Below are positions 12,801 to 26,300 of a DNA stretch of 59,057 bases, in pieces. The notes beneath the pieces are model-generated. The model saw nothing but the letters and a program-made list of their open reading frames with translations. It did not search any database and was not told the origin of the DNA. Source of the stretch: Plasmodiophora brassicae (Eukaryota); the NCBI GenBank assembly GCA_036867785.1, contig CP145425.1:682001-741057 (forward strand). Direction: 5' to 3'. How positions within the stretch are numbered: the stretch's first letter is position 1; the number at the start of each line of letters is the position of its first letter. Position numbers and translations under genes: made by a program.

Positions 12801-13905
12801 TGTGCAGCATGGTGGCACCACGCTTATCCCCATGGTTGACCATGTCGGGAGTGACGACATCATGAGTCAGGAGCGCACGGATGACAGGCAGGCGCTGGTC
12901 GAAGGTCAACACATCGTCCAGGGCCAGGTCGATAACGCTCCAGAGCGTCGTACGGCCGTCCTCGTCGGTGCTCACCAGGTCGTCGCTCCGAACGTGACGC
13001 AGGACCGCGTCAATCATGTGCATCCGATCAGCGATTCCCATTGGATTCAGCCTACCAGCAGCAGGTCCAAGTTAGGACGTGCACAGAAGGTGACCCGAAC
13101 TGACTTACGTCATGCTTTGGATGACGTAGAAGACAGCGTTACGACCGTATGTCCAGCGCAGACCACCGAGTTTCTCACCGGTGGTATCCGCCGGCATGAT
13201 CCTGATGGGATATCACCGGTTAAATGGGTACTGCCTTGTAGCCGCCCGATCATAAAGCCTTACCCGCTATCAGGAATGTACGGAACGCCGGCCATCTGCA
13301 ACGTCGTCTTGTCCATGTCGTTCCTGTCGGTTTCAACGTTCGGAGCTGTTTTCGCGTCAGACACCCATGAAGCGCAAAGCGACCGTCGTCTAACTACCTG
13401 GCTGGAACTCCTCGAGCGCATACAGGCCGGCCATGCCCATGAACAACATGTCGACCGGATCGAATCCCAGGATCGATACGCCCTTCTTCGCAGCCGTCAC
13501 GGCGTTCACCTTCGTCATGTGGGACTTCAGGTTCCTCCAGTGCGACGTCGCGGCCTGCTTGCTGGGCTTGTCGACGACCGCCCGTTCAGGTTCCGGCTTG
13601 CGTTTAAGGTACCGGTTGTAGGCCCACAGGCCGGCAACACCGGCCGCCGCGCCGGCTGCCGTGGCAGGGGTCCACTTGACACGACTCGTCTCTGGCTTTC
13701 CCACACTTGCTCCCGCGCAGTTCACATCGGGGCCGTCTTGCGCCGCGCTGTTTCCAGACATGCAGACCGCAACGATGACGCCTGCGGCGACGACGACCGC
13801 AGCGGACGCAACCATGAGAGCGACCAGCTTCGGGCGCAGGCGCGCCCACTCGATCGATGACCTGGCAGCAGATGCCGTTCGCGCTTGGATCCCTGTAATC
13901 CGCAT
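9849..13905 (-). CDS. TM anchor + ankyrin repeats + ABC1/UbiB atypical kinase; ~6 exons
   Basis: ABC1 motifs GGGPVLMKTFQ, IGAASIAEGHR, AKVKR, VLVM, VHSDLHPGNF, VLDWG; upstream exons give GDKRGATMLH and NMLLDKGADGTI...GFTP (ankyrin-like) and a TM segment; GT-AG introns read by eye. Confidence 0.7.
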
Positions 13906-14583
13906 ATCCGTTGGATCCTTCGTTCCCTCCGTCCCGCGGCCCGTCTCGACGACTTCAACGGTGTCTCCCAATGAATGCTGTCTGCGATTGTGACCCGACT
14001 GGTCGTAGGCCGACCGCAAACATCCGGAAATAGCGCGACGGTCGGTCGCGCCATTTATAGCGCCAGTGACTGGCCGAGGTCCAACCCCGAACGTTCGTTC
14101 GCACAGAGAGCGCCGCGCAGGTGGCAGCCGCAGCAGCAGCAGCAGCCACACGTCGACAGGATGCACCTGCGACGACGTACAGCGCAAGACGTGATCACTG
14201 GCGAACGAATGCGCCCCATGTTCGACAGGCGCACGGATCATTGCAGGTCAAGAGGAGAGCGGGTAACAGGTCACCGCGGGGCGCGAACAGGTCCCGATCA
14301 TTGTGGCAACACCTGGCGATATCTGGACCGTTTTGGCGTTGAATGAGGCGGCCCGACGAGGGCAACGCACGGCCTGAGATGGATATGCAAGCTCGTTTCT
14401 AACCGGAGCTGGGACGTATGCCGGCGTCATCGTTGCAGACTAAAGGCCCGCGCGGATGAAGGACCTTCGTGACGGGCAATACACGACGGAGAATTACGTG
14501 TTTGATTTAGACGATGCGAGGCAGACTGAAGAAGATACGACACTGAAGGTGCAGGAACGAGGGGTTGGACGTCAGGACTCCAT

Positions 14584-16502
14584 TCAGAACATCTCGTCGC
14601 CCATGCCGCCGCGCATGCCGGCGCCGCGCCCGCCGGCGGGCTCCTCCTTGGCGGGGACGTCGGTGATGATGACCTCGCTGGTCGTCATCATGGATGCGAC
14701 GCTGGCCGCGTCGGCCAGGGCCGTGCGCACGACCTTGACAGGGTCGATGATGCCCGCCTTGAGCATGTCGACGTATTCGCCCGTGGACGCGTTCATACCC
14801 TTCGTGCTCTGCGTGTTGCCGTTCGACTCATTCAGCAGGTTGCCGACGACGACGGCGCCCTCGAGGCCGGCATTGTTGCAGATGGCCTTGCAGGGCACCT
14901 TCAGGGCGGCGGCGATGATCTTGACACCGTGGCTCTGGTCGACGTTCGCCGCCGGCAGCTTGTCCAGGCCCTGGGCGGCGTACAGGAGAGCGACACCGCC
15001 ACCCGGGACGATGCCTTCCTCGACGGCGGCGCGGGTCGCGTTCAGCGCATCGTCGATACGGTCCTTGCGCTCGCCGACCTCGACCTCGCTGGCACCGCCG
15101 ACCTTGACGACGGCGACGCCCGACGCCAGCTTCGCCAGGCGCGACTCGAGCTTCTCGGTGACGTACTTGGTCGTCGATTCGGCCAGCTCGGTGCGGATCT
15201 CCTCGCACCGGGCGGCAATGGCCTGCATCACGAGTCAGACGGAGGGACACGCGTGCGTGCGCTCGCACAACGAACGTACCTCTTTCGAGCCAGCGCCGTC
15301 GAGGATGATCGTGTCGTCCTTGGTGATGGTGACGACCTTCGCGGACCCGAGACGGTCGACTGTAACCTCCTCGAGCTTCTCGCCCGTCTCCTCGCTGATG
15401 ACTTCCGTGCCCAGCAGGACGGCGAGGTCCTTCATGGTCGCCTTGCGGTTGTCACCGAAGCCGGGCGCCTTGACGGCGGCGACCTTGACGTTGCCGCGAA
15501 GCTTGTTGAGGATCATGGTGGCCAGGGCCTCGCCGTCGACGTCCTCGGCGATGACGAGCAGCGGGCGCTGCATCTTGACGGCCGACTCGAACACGGGCAG
15601 GATCTTCTGGATCGACGAGATCTTCTTGTCGAACAGGAGGACGAGCGGGTTCTCCAGGATGCACTTGGGCTGCTTGCTCTCCGTGATGAAGTACGGCGAG
15701 ATGAAGCCGCGGTCGAATCGCATGCCCTCGACGACGTCCAGCTCGTCGATCATGGTCTTGCCCTCCTGGACCGTGATGACACCCTCCTTGCCGACGCGCT
15801 CCATCGCCGTCGCGATCATCTCGCCAATGTCCTTGTCGCCGTTCGCAGAGATGGTCGCCACCTATGGACGGGGGCGTTCAATAACGACGAACCGTCGACC
15901 GGACAGCGGGAACGCACCTGTGAGATCTCCTCCTTGGTCGCAATCTGCTTGGCGGCCGCCTTCAGGTTGTCGACGACGTGGGCAACGGCCAGGTTGATAC
16001 CTCGGCGCAGGTCCATCGGGTTCATGCCGCTGGCGACACCCTTGATGCCCTCGGAGAGGATGGCCCGGGCCAGAACGGTCGCGGTCGTCGTACCGTCACC
16101 GGCGACATCGTTCGTCTTCTGGGCGACCGACTTGACGAGCTGGGCGCCCAGGTTCAGCTGTTTGTCAGCGAACGTGATCGCCTTGGCGACCGTGACACCG
16201 TCCTTGGTGATCTTTGGCGACCGGAACGATTCGTCGATGACGACGTTGCGGCCCTTGGGTCCCAGCGTGGTCTGGACGGCATCGGCGACCATGTCGACGC
16301 CCTTCAGCATTGTCTGCCGGGCCTCATTCTACACGAGAGCCGCACGTCAGCGACATAGGGGCGGGCGGGGGTGTACACACCGGCCTAGCCGGCCGGATGA
16401 TCGTGTACGTACGCCGAACTTGAGGTCCTTGCCAGTGGACAGGGCCCTGACGGCCAGCGCGGCACGCTTGGAGGCGGCGACGTTGGAACGCAGTCGCAGC
16501 AT
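14584..16502 (-). CDS. HSP60: Mitochondrial chaperonin HSP60 (cpn60/GroEL); 3 introns
   Basis: [54 protein letters not shown] tail; mitochondrial-type leader. Confidence 0.97.
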
Positions 16503-17030
16503 GTTGGGTCGGTAGCGGTGTGGCGGCGCTGCCGGAGTCAGTCCGCCAGGACCTGCAGGCGACCCTCCACGGACTCCGCAGGCACCGGAATGTTCCACCG
16601 GGCAGCACGACGACCCCCGCCTCCGAGTGCGCCTGTTTTGCCGCCTGAAGTCATCCCGTCGCGACGGAATGTTCCGGCCGTCACCACTGGGCGTGGGCCG
16701 CGGGGCCAGACGAGTTCGCCGCTCACTGCGCCGACGCAACCGGTCAACGCAGGGGCGGCTTGCAGGACCAGGCGATAAACCACGGGGGATCATACAGGAA
16801 CATCTAGACGACTCCGGTTTGCGAAAGGGCGTCGACAGTGTTGGGTGCGGCACACGAACACACACACATCTCCACGCGCCCTCAGCTCAATGACGATGAA
16901 CCGGGGCGTACGTACCGGCAAATACGAACATACGCCTGGCGTTCGCTCAAAGTGCGCAGCGGACATCGCGCCGCCTGCCCGACCGCGGGGGGTTGCCGTG
17001 ACGGTCGCGCGCGCCGCCTCTGCAGCTGCC

Positions 17031-20000
17031 ATGGCGCCCAGCAGCGCCGCCGGACACCCGCGACGGGTCGTCGTCGGCGCTCTCGTCGGGGTGGTTGTCG
17101 TCGCGGCGACCGCCTGCGCTGATGTGATCCGTCAGCCGGGGTGGTGTGTCGCGTACGGGTTCAGTGGCGCGTCCGACGATGACCGGTTCGTCAACGTCGT
17201 CGCCAACGTACGCGCCCAGCCGGTCACTGCGGGTTTCTACGACGGCGACGCCGACCTGCGCACCGTCTGCCCGTCGCTGGCGAACGAGACGAACCTCTGC
17301 TGCGACGTACGCCAGTTCGGTCAGCTGGCGTCGCAGGTGCAGCAGGCGCTCGTCATCCTCGCGCGATGCAACGCCTGCTACCGCAACTTTAGGGAATTCT
17401 TTGTCAGTCCCCCGCCCGCCGTTCCACCACCGCCGGCGTCGTCTGATAATTGTCTGACCACTGTCCGCAGTGCCAGTACACGTGCAGCCCGAACCAGAGC
17501 CTGTTCAAGGAGGTGCGCCGTGTGCCATCTCGTCGGCGTCGCAGTGCATTGACCGCACCCATGCCCGCAGATCACGGCCACGACGACCAGCGCCCTGAAC
17601 GCCACTGTCGTCCGGTCGACGAACTACTACATCGGCGACGGGTACGGGCAGGCGTTCTTCGACTCCTGCAAGGACGTAGAGTTCGGAGCCACCGGCAGAA
17701 AGGTGTGTGTGTGTGTCCCTGTGGTGCTGCTGGAACCGCCCTGCCGAATGACCCTTTAACCCTGTGCCTGCAGATCTTCGACATGTTCTTCGACGGTGCA
17801 AAGACCCCGCGGGAATGGTTCGACTTCCTCGGCCGTGACGAGGAGCACGGCGACGGCAGGTCGCCCGAGTGGATCCGGTTCCCTGCCGCCGATGAGGACG
17901 CCCGCGCCAAGGGCATCGCCCCGCTGGACGCCGTACCGGACCTGATCACCCGCTGCAACACGACGGAGCCGTCGTTGGCCTGCGCCTGCTCTGGTACGAC
18001 GCCGGAGGCCGGCGCTCGTTGCTAAGGGCCTCACGCGTCGCCTCCGCAGATTGCAACGACGCCTGCCCGCCAATGTCGACGCTCGACGTCGCAGCAGCCG
18101 ACCTGCCCAGCCCCGGTCATGACGCGTTCTTCTATGGACTCGCTGTTCCCGTCATCGTGTTCCTCGCCTTCGTCTGGGTCGCCGTGATCAGGTCGGTGTC
18201 GCGGTCATCGCGCGTCCTAATGCGCTTCCCCGAGGACGAGTCGGACGCAGGCGCACGCGCTGACGTGGCCGCCTCGTCGTCACGTATCGGGAACGCGTTC
18301 GGGAGCCTAGGTCGCCGCATTGGCCGACACCCCATCGCCTGGATGGGCACCAGCGTCGCCGTTGTCGCCGTGGTCGCGATCGTCGGCGTCCCTCGTGTCG
18401 TCCTGCTGGAGGACCCCGTGCGCCTGTGGACGAACGCGCACAGCGAGGCGTACCGAGAGAAGGTCGCACACGATGCCGCGTTCGGCCCCCTGTTCCGGGT
18501 CGAGCAGCTCATCGTCAAGTCGGCTGATGGGCGGCCGCTGTTCAGGGTGACCCCGTGTACCATCTGTCGGCACGCTGTCGTCCCAATGACACGGTCGCGC
18601 GCAGGACGGCGTGGCGCTCCCGCTCCTGGTGAACCTGCAAGGGTTGCTTCAGCAGCTGAAGCAGATGACCGTGGCGTCCGATGCGACGCCGGGCAGGAAC
18701 GTGTCGCTCGACTCGGTCTGCTATCGTCAGGGGCCCGGGCAGCCCTGCCTGGTACAGTCGGTGCTCGGGTACTGGGCGGACCCGCTGACCGCCCGGTCCG
18801 ACGAGGGGCGCCTGCTCCAGCACCTGGAGGACTGCACGACGAACAACTTTGCCGACGACTGCATGGGCAGGTCGGGGCTGCCCACGATGAGCAACGTGGC
18901 GCTCGGCGGCTACGACCTCGCCGCTCGTGACTACATGAACGCGACCACCACCATCGTCACCATACTGCTGAACGGGTCGGCGTCGGACGCGGGCGGCCTC
19001 GTGGATGCCCAGCAATGGGAACGGGCCTACATTGCGTTCATTCAGGTGCCTCTGTCGACGTGGATCATCGTTCGCAGCTGACGTGCCGTCGACGCAGGGG
19101 GCGTTACGTGACGGCGTCCTGGGCCCTGGCCTGTCTGCGACGTATTCCTCAGAGCAGTCGCTGCAGACGGAGCTGAACGCGCAGGTCAGTGCGAGCGCGT
19201 CCACCGTCCTCGTGTCCTACCTCTGCATGTTCCTGTACATCACGTTCGCACTGGGCGACTGTTTCCCTCTGCGGTACCTGTTGCGGTCGACGCGGGCCCT
19301 GCTCGCCCTGGTCGCGATCGGCGTCGTGATCCTGTCGATCGTGTCCGCCGTCAGCATTTGCGCTATCGGCGGCGTCGAAATCACGCTCATCATCGGCGAT
19401 GTCATCCCGTTCATCGTCCTCGCCATTGGAGTCGACAATGTGTTCCTCATCTTCAAGGCCTTCTCGACGCAGCCGAAACGCCTGGCGCATGAGGTAGGCG
19501 CCGTCGGCGAACGTCGCAGGTGTTGGCCTCTGACGCCTGTCAACGCCGCTGCTAGGAGCGCCTGGCGAACGCGCTGTCAGCCGTCGGACCCTCCATCTGT
19601 CTGACGTCTGCGTGCGAAGCGCTCGCCTTCCTCCTGGGCATGTTTACCAGCATGCCGGCTGTTCGAGCGTTCGCAGTCTACGCGGCCGTTGCCGTCATCT
19701 GCAATCTCGTCCTGCAGGTTGCGGTACGTCATCGATCTTCCCTCGGATGCTCCCTACTGGGCGTCTGACATGTTGCCGCGATCGCCAGTGCTTTTCAGCG
19801 GCCATCGTGCTGGATGCGCGCCGACGCGACCGGAACCAGACCGGCCGGGGAGCGCCCCTCACCGAGGCAGAGGCCGCCGAGCAGTACGACCCGATCGAAC
19901 TGTTCATGCGGAACGTTCTGTCGCCGTGTCTCGGTACGTGCGGGTGGCGCGTCCGCCTGTCGACAGTGTCCCGCTGACGGTCGTCCGCCCCGTGCAGAGC

Positions 20001-21528
20001 AGACGATCGTCAAGGTGGCCGTGGTGGCCGCGTTCACCGCCCTGGCCGGGTACAGCCTGCACCTGTTCCGGACGAACCTGGACCTGGGCCTGGAGCCCGC
20101 CGTCGCCCTGCCCAGCGACTCGTACCTGCAGGCCTACCTGCGGGACGTGGCCACCGAGCTTCGCGTTGGCCCGCCCATGTTCCTGGTCGTGCCGGGCGGC
20201 GGCGACATGTCGCTGGTGGAGACGCAGAACCGCCTGTGCAGCATCCGCCAGTGCAACCACGACTCGCTGGGGGCGCTGGCGGCGCTCGCGGCCAGCCTGC
20301 CCCATGCGACGTACGTCGACACGGGCGTCTCCAACTGGGTCGACGACTACCTGCAGTGGACGAACGCGCCGTTCGTCCGAGTCGGGCCGAGCGCCTGCTG
20401 CCGCGTCCACCTGCGGACGGGCGCCTACTGCGATCCCGACGACGACGACGACGACGACCAGTGCCGGGAATGCGTCGACGGCGACGGGCGCGACGTGCAC
20501 AACCAGGTGGTGGTGGACCCGGCGACCGGGCGCCTGACACCGGAGGCGTTCCAGCGGTTCCTGCCCGGGTTCCTGCAGTCGACGTGCTCGCAGGCGTGTG
20601 CACACTGTGGCGTCCCGCACCTGAGGAACCTGCAGCGGAGGGCCCTGGGCCAAGGCAACGTACGTGGGCAGGGGGGGTGCCAGCGCCTATCCGGACGTCG
20701 CTGACCCCCGGGGGCGAATGGCAGGTGTCGCTGGGCGCCGTCCAGTTCCAGGCGTACCACACGGTGCTGAAGACGCAGCCGGACTTCATCGCCGCCCTGA
20801 AGGTAGGCGGGGTCGTCGACGACGACGCAGCACTGATGGTGTTGTACTGATCCGGGTGGGGTCGCGCGCAGTCGTCGCGTTCGCTGGTGCACCAGATGTC
20901 GTCGCTCACCGGCCTGCCCGTGTTCGCCTACTCGGTGTTCTACGTCTACTTCGAGCAGTACCTGACGATCGAGGCGGTGGCGTCCCTGTCCCTGACGCTG
21001 GGGCTCTGCGCGGTCATCGTCCTCTGCGTCGTCCTGCTCGGCGACCTGGACGTCGGCCTGGTGGTCGGCGGCGTCATCTGCATGATCGTCGCCGACGTCA
21101 TCGGCCTGATGACGCTGGCGTCCTGCATGCTGAACGCCGTCTCCGTCGTCAACCTGGTCACCGGCCTCGGCCTGGCCGTCGAGTTCTGCGTCCCGGTCGT
21201 GCACCGGTTCGTGGGCATCGGGGGCGGGTCCCGCGACCAGCGCGTCCGGCAGGCCCTGTCCGACACGGGCAGCAGCGTCGTCCGCGGCATCGTCCTGACC
21301 AAGGTCACCGGCCTGGCCGTCCTCTTCCTCAGCAGGACGCCCCTGATCCAGGTGTACTACGCGCGCATGTACATGCTGATCTGCGCCGTCGGCGCCCTGC
21401 ACGGCCTCGTCTTCCTCCCCGTCCTGCTCAGCCTGCTCGCACCGGACGTCGCCGACTCGTCGTCCGGGCAGGGTGACGACGATGCCCGCCACCCGCTCCT
21501 GCAGCACGATCGCGATCGGCACAAGTGA
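17031..21528 (+). CDS. NPC1: Niemann-Pick C1 sterol transporter homolog; many introns
   Basis: Cys-rich NTD (LCCDVRQF, RCNACYRNF, QYTCSPNQSLF, CACS-DC); DPVRLW; CLVQSVLGYW; sterol-sensing domain VIPFIVLAIGVDNVF; FAYSVFYVYFEQY; GLAVEFC; HGLVFLPVLLS. Confidence 0.93.
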
Positions 21529-21742
21529 GTCCCGGGCGCGTCGTATGAACCATTGGCCATAAGGCATAAACTGGCCGCCGCTATAACCCGTCGGTGGCTT
21601 GCGGCGCGGGGGCCGCGGCAAGTCCGTTCGAAGTCGGCGGCGGCGAGTGACGAGTCCGTGGCGCACTCGCCGCTGACCGGTACGGCCTAGGTCCACCAAC
21701 CGTGAGACGTTGTATTCGACGAGGGACGTGGGGCGCTCGACA

Positions 21743-23221
21743 ATGGCGTCGGCCGGGTCGCAGCGCCTGTCGCGCGATGAGTACAAGAAACAGCGCGAGC
21801 TGGACGAGCTGCGCAAGTCGGGGGCGGTGCCGGCCGCCGTCGACGAGGACGGGCGCATGATCAACCCGCACATCCCCAAGTACATCTCGGAGGCGCCCTG
21901 GTACCTGAACGCGTCGCAGCACCCGTCGCTGAAGCACCAGCGCGCGGACGCGCCCGCCCCGCCCTCCGACATCCATCGGTACCAGCGCCGGGGGCTGCTG
22001 GCGTCGGCGACGACGACGACGCGGTTCCGGGCGGGCGCCTGCGACAATTGCGGGGCGATGACGCACGTCGCCCGCGACTGTACGGAGCGGCCGCGGCGGC
22101 GCCAGGCCCGGCACACGGGCCGCGACATCCGCCCCGACGAGGTCTGCGACCAGGTCGACCTGTCGTTCGACGGCAAGCGCGACCGCTGGAACGGGTACGA
22201 CCCGGCCACCTACACGGACGTCATCGAGCACTTCCAGCGGACGGATCGCGCCCGCCAGCACCGCAACGCCGCCGCCCTGGCGTCCGCGTCGGCGTCGTCC
22301 GCCGATCGCCACGCGTCGTCGCCGGGCAACGGCAGCAGCAGCAGCAGCACGTCCGACGACGACGACGACGCTGACGCCGGCGTCGTCGTGCAGAAGCGGG
22401 ACGCGCGCACGCGCACGACGGTGCGCAACCTGCGGATCCGGGAGGACCGCGCCAAGTACCTGATCAACCTGGACGTCGACTCGGCGTACTACGACAGCAA
22501 GTCGCGGTCGATGCGGGACAATCCGTACGCGGGGACGGGCGTCGGCGCCGACCAGGTCGCGTACGCCGGCGACAACTTCGTGCGCGCGTCCGGCGACGTC
22601 CACGACTTTGTCCGCCTGCAGTCGTACGCCTGGGAGGCGGCGGCCGACGCGCCCAACGCACCCGCCGCCGCCGCCCTGCCGCCGGCCGCCGCCCCGTCCC
22701 AGGCCGAGTTCCTGTACAAGCAGCACCTGCAGGAGGCGGGCAAGGCGCGGGCGGCGGCCCGCAGCGCCATCCTCGACAAGTACGGCGGCGGTGGCGATGC
22801 GGATGGCGCCGTGCGACTCGACCCGACCCTGGTCCTGGGGCAGTCCGAGGCCTACACCGAGTACGCGCCCGACGGCAGCGTCCTGCGCGGGGCGGCACCC
22901 GCCGCCCGCCGCAGCAAGTACGTCGAGGACGTCGTCGAGCGCGGCCACGCCGCCGTCTTCGGGTCGCACTTTGACCCGGCGTCCAACCGCTGGGGGTACC
23001 GATGCTGCCGCCAGACGCTCCGCAACGCGTATTGCACGGGGACGCCGGCGCCCGCGCCCGCACCCGTCGCAGGCGCTCGACCCGCGCCGCCAGCAGCGAA
23101 ACGCGCGCTGGCGGCGACGCAGCAGCAGGAGGACGACGACGACGACGACGACGCGTACCTGCGCGACCGGAGGCGCGACGGGGACCCCGTGTCGTCGACG
23201 ACGAAGAAGGTCAAGCGCTAG
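21743..23221 (+). CDS. SLU7: Pre-mRNA splicing factor SLU7
   Basis: INPHIPKYISEAPWY; zinc knuckle CDNCGAMTHVARDC; FDGKRDRWNGY; VRNLRIREDRAKYL; WGYRCC. Confidence 0.95.
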   Translation: MASAGSQRLSRDEYKKQRELDELRKSGAVPAAVDEDGRMINPHIPKYISEAPWYLNASQHPSLKHQRADAPAPPSDIHRYQRRGLLASATTTTRFRAGACDNCGAMTHVARDCTERPRRRQARHTGRDIRPDEVCDQVDLSFDGKRDRWNGYDPATYTDVIEHFQRTDRARQHRNAAALASASASSADRHASSPGNGSSSSSTSDDDDDADAGVVVQKRDARTRTTVRNLRIREDRAKYLINLDVDSAYYDSKSRSMRDNPYAGTGVGADQVAYAGDNFVRASGDVHDFVRLQSYAWEAAADAPNAPAAAALPPAAAPSQAEFLYKQHLQEAGKARAAARSAILDKYGGGGDADGAVRLDPTLVLGQSEAYTEYAPDGSVLRGAAPAARRSKYVEDVVERGHAAVFGSHFDPASNRWGYRCCRQTLRNAYCTGTPAPAPAPVAGARPAPPAAKRALAATQQQEDDDDDDDAYLRDRRRDGDPVSSTTKKVKR

Positions 23222-23323
23222 ACAATACAGACTGCCGCGTCGTACACATTACGTGGAGGTTCGCTCGCGCTCCTCGACAAACGGCCGCCCGGTTTACAGT
23301 GATCAGGTGGTGTGTCGTGGTGG

Positions 23324-26300
23324 TCAGCGCCGCTGCTGCTGCTTCTGCTGCTGCTTCTGCCTGTAGTGGTCGCGCAGGCGCCCGAACAACGCGCGCTGGT
23401 GATCGCCCGTCGTCATCGAGTAGCACAGGTCGGCGAGGTCGCGCGCCTCGTCCAGGGCGCGTTCGTGGGCGACGGGGTCGACGGCGTCCAGGTGGGCGGG
23501 CGCCAGCAGGTACGCGATCGAGTCGGCCAGGCGGGTGCGGTCCGCGCCCGGCCAGTGCCGCCACAGGTGCGCGTACACGCCCAGCAGCGTGCCGACGGGC
23601 ACCTCGCAGTCGTCCAGCAGCAGGGGGACGACGAAGGAGGGGCCGTCGCGCCCGGGCGCCGCCGCCGGGTCGCCGCGGCCCGCGTCGTGCTGCTCGAGGA
23701 GCTCGGCCAGGGCGCCGACCGGGAACAGGAAGGCGGTCTGCGCGTACAGGCGGCCGAGGCGCGCCAGGCAGGCGCGGACGGCGGGGCGCCAGTCGGCGCG
23801 GCGCTCCTCCCCCGACTGGATCAGCGCCGACACGATGTTGGCGTACAGGGCGGCGACCACGTCGCCGTGCGCCCTGCTGTCCTCCACCTGCAGGATGCGC
23901 AGGCACGCCTCGAACAGGCGGTGCCGGCAGGCGCAGGCGTACAGCGCGTTGCTGTCGTGCAGGGCGCCCAGCATGGCGGCCAGGTCCGCCTGGGTGTCGT
24001 CGTTGTCGTCGTCGGCGTCGTCGGCCTGCAGCGCCGTCAGCCGCGCGATGATGTCGGCCTGGACCTCGCCCAGGGCGATCGCCTTGCGCAGGTCGGCGGT
24101 CAGGGCCGCCCGCGCCGGTACGACGGTGCCGGCGCCGCCCACGTCGCCGTCGTCGTACCGGGCGAACTCCAGGGCGACCTCCAGGTGGCGGATGCGATCG
24201 CGGACGCTGGCGCCCGGCCCGCACAGGTCGTCGTCGTAGGGCAGGGCGGCGAAGAAGCGGGCGCCGTCGGCGTAGCGGCGCAGGGCGACCCAGTACTGGC
24301 GCAGGCGGTCGAACAGGCGGTGCCGGACGAGGTACGCCTCGAAGGCCGGGCACGCCTGGTCGTAGTCGGCGGGCAGGTGCCGCAGGTAGAACGGGAACAG
24401 GTAGTCGTTCAGGAAGGCGGGCGACGTCGACGCGAAGCAGTCGGCCAGGGCCGCGCGCAGCGCCGGCGACGACCGCGCCCGCAGCTGGTCGACGGCCGTG
24501 CACGCCGCCTGGTACGCCGCCTTCTGCCGCCCGGCGATCGTCTGCCGCCGCAGACGATCGTCGGCGGCGCTCGTCGTGGTCATCGACGACGCCAGGCGCT
24601 CGAGCTCGCCGGCGCGATGCACGCACAGGCGCACGACGTCGTGGAGGAGGCCGGCGCCCGTCAGCCGGTCGACGACCTGGGCCAGCGGGAAGTCGACGTT
24701 GGCGGCGGCGCGCATCAGCACCTGCAGGGCCTGGCGGCGCGTGCGGGCGCCGGCGCCGCCCCGGTCGTCGGCGCCGGCGGCGGACGATGGCGCCAGCGAC
24801 CGCTCGTACTGGGCCTGGTGCAGCATCTGCAGGCCGTTGAACAGGTCCAGGTCGGCCTGGTCGACGAACGACGGGCACTGGCGGCGCAGCGTGTCGAGCA
24901 GGGCGCCGCCCGACGCCGCCCCGTCCACGTCGATCAGGGCGCGGATCAGCGCCTGGACGCAGCGGGCGCCGGCCCCCGTCACCACCAGGTCCTTCATCGT
25001 GTACGACTCGAGGTGGAAGCGCTCGGCGCCGTCCATGGCGGCCAGGACGGGCGGGACGCCGACGCCGCCGCCGCCGTCGCCGACGACGACCAGGAGGCGC
25101 ATCAGCTCCAGGCAGCGCTGGAGCAGGGCGCGCAGGGCGGCCAGCGCCGTCAGCTGGTCGGCGGCGGCCTGGGGCGCGCCGACCCGCACCCGCGGCACCT
25201 GGTACTCGTCGATGAACTGGACCAGGTGCTGGAGCGCCCGGGCCGTGCCGTCATACGCGCCGCCGCCCGCCAGGCGCAGGCGGGCGGCGCCGGCCCCGGC
25301 CAGGACCGGGCGGCTCCACATGACGCGGACGAGGCGCGCCGCGAACACGTACAGGGCCGACAGCGCCGGGGACGACGACGACGCCTCGTGCTGCTGGTGC
25401 TGGGCGCCACCACCGGGGACCGCGTCGCCGCCGCCGCCCAGCCACAGGAACCGCTGGATGGCCGCCTGGCGTACCTCCTGCGCGTGCAGCAGGGCGCACG
25501 ACGGGTCGGTGCCCGGCGACGGCGACGACGACAGGCGCCGCTTGCCCTTGACGACGTAGACGGGCGGGGCGGCGGCGACCCCGTCGTACTGGGCGGCGGC
25601 CGACGACGGGACGGGCGGGCAGCAGATCAGGGCGAGGAGCATGGCGCAGGTCTCGCCCGGGCCGTACTGGTCGACCAGGGCCTGGAGCGCCGGGGCGCCG
25701 TCCGACGACGACGACGTGATGGCCGACGCCAGGCGGTCGATGGGGCGGGCGACCGTCAGGACGGTCAGGCGGGTGGCCGTCAGCACCAGGAACTGTGTCG
25801 CCGGCAGCACGTGCTGGAGGGCCAGCGCCGACGCGGACGGGTCGATCGCCCAGTGCCGCTGCTGCTGTCCCTGACCCTGACCCTGCTGCCGGTACGGCGA
25901 CACGGCCGCCATGGCGTGAACGCGGGCGTCGGCGGCGTGCGCCTCGACGTTCTCGTCGTAGGCGACGGGCGGGGCCGCCGCTGACGACGCCGGGTTCGGA
26001 TCCTGGAGCGCCTGCTGCTGCTGCTGCTGCTGGCGGGTGACGGGCGTCGTGGTCATGGCGACGAGCGTGTCGTGGAGCGTGTCGCGCAGGTCGGCCACGA
26101 GCAGGCAGTCGTGGGCCTGGGCGGCCCGGCGCACGTTCGACGGCGACTGCCCGGCGACGAAGCACGGCTTGTACTGGCGGCGGGCGGTGCGCGCCGCCGG
26201 CGCCGACACGTACCGGGGGCAGACGCGCACGGCCTGGACGCGCAGCGGGTCGTCGTCGACGAACAGGCGGGTGGCGCGGTTCGTCACCAGGCAGAGGAAG

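Noticed and set aside
23312-25984. 890-aa plus-strand ORF
   Set aside because: Antisense shadow of NUP155 with no recognisable motifs
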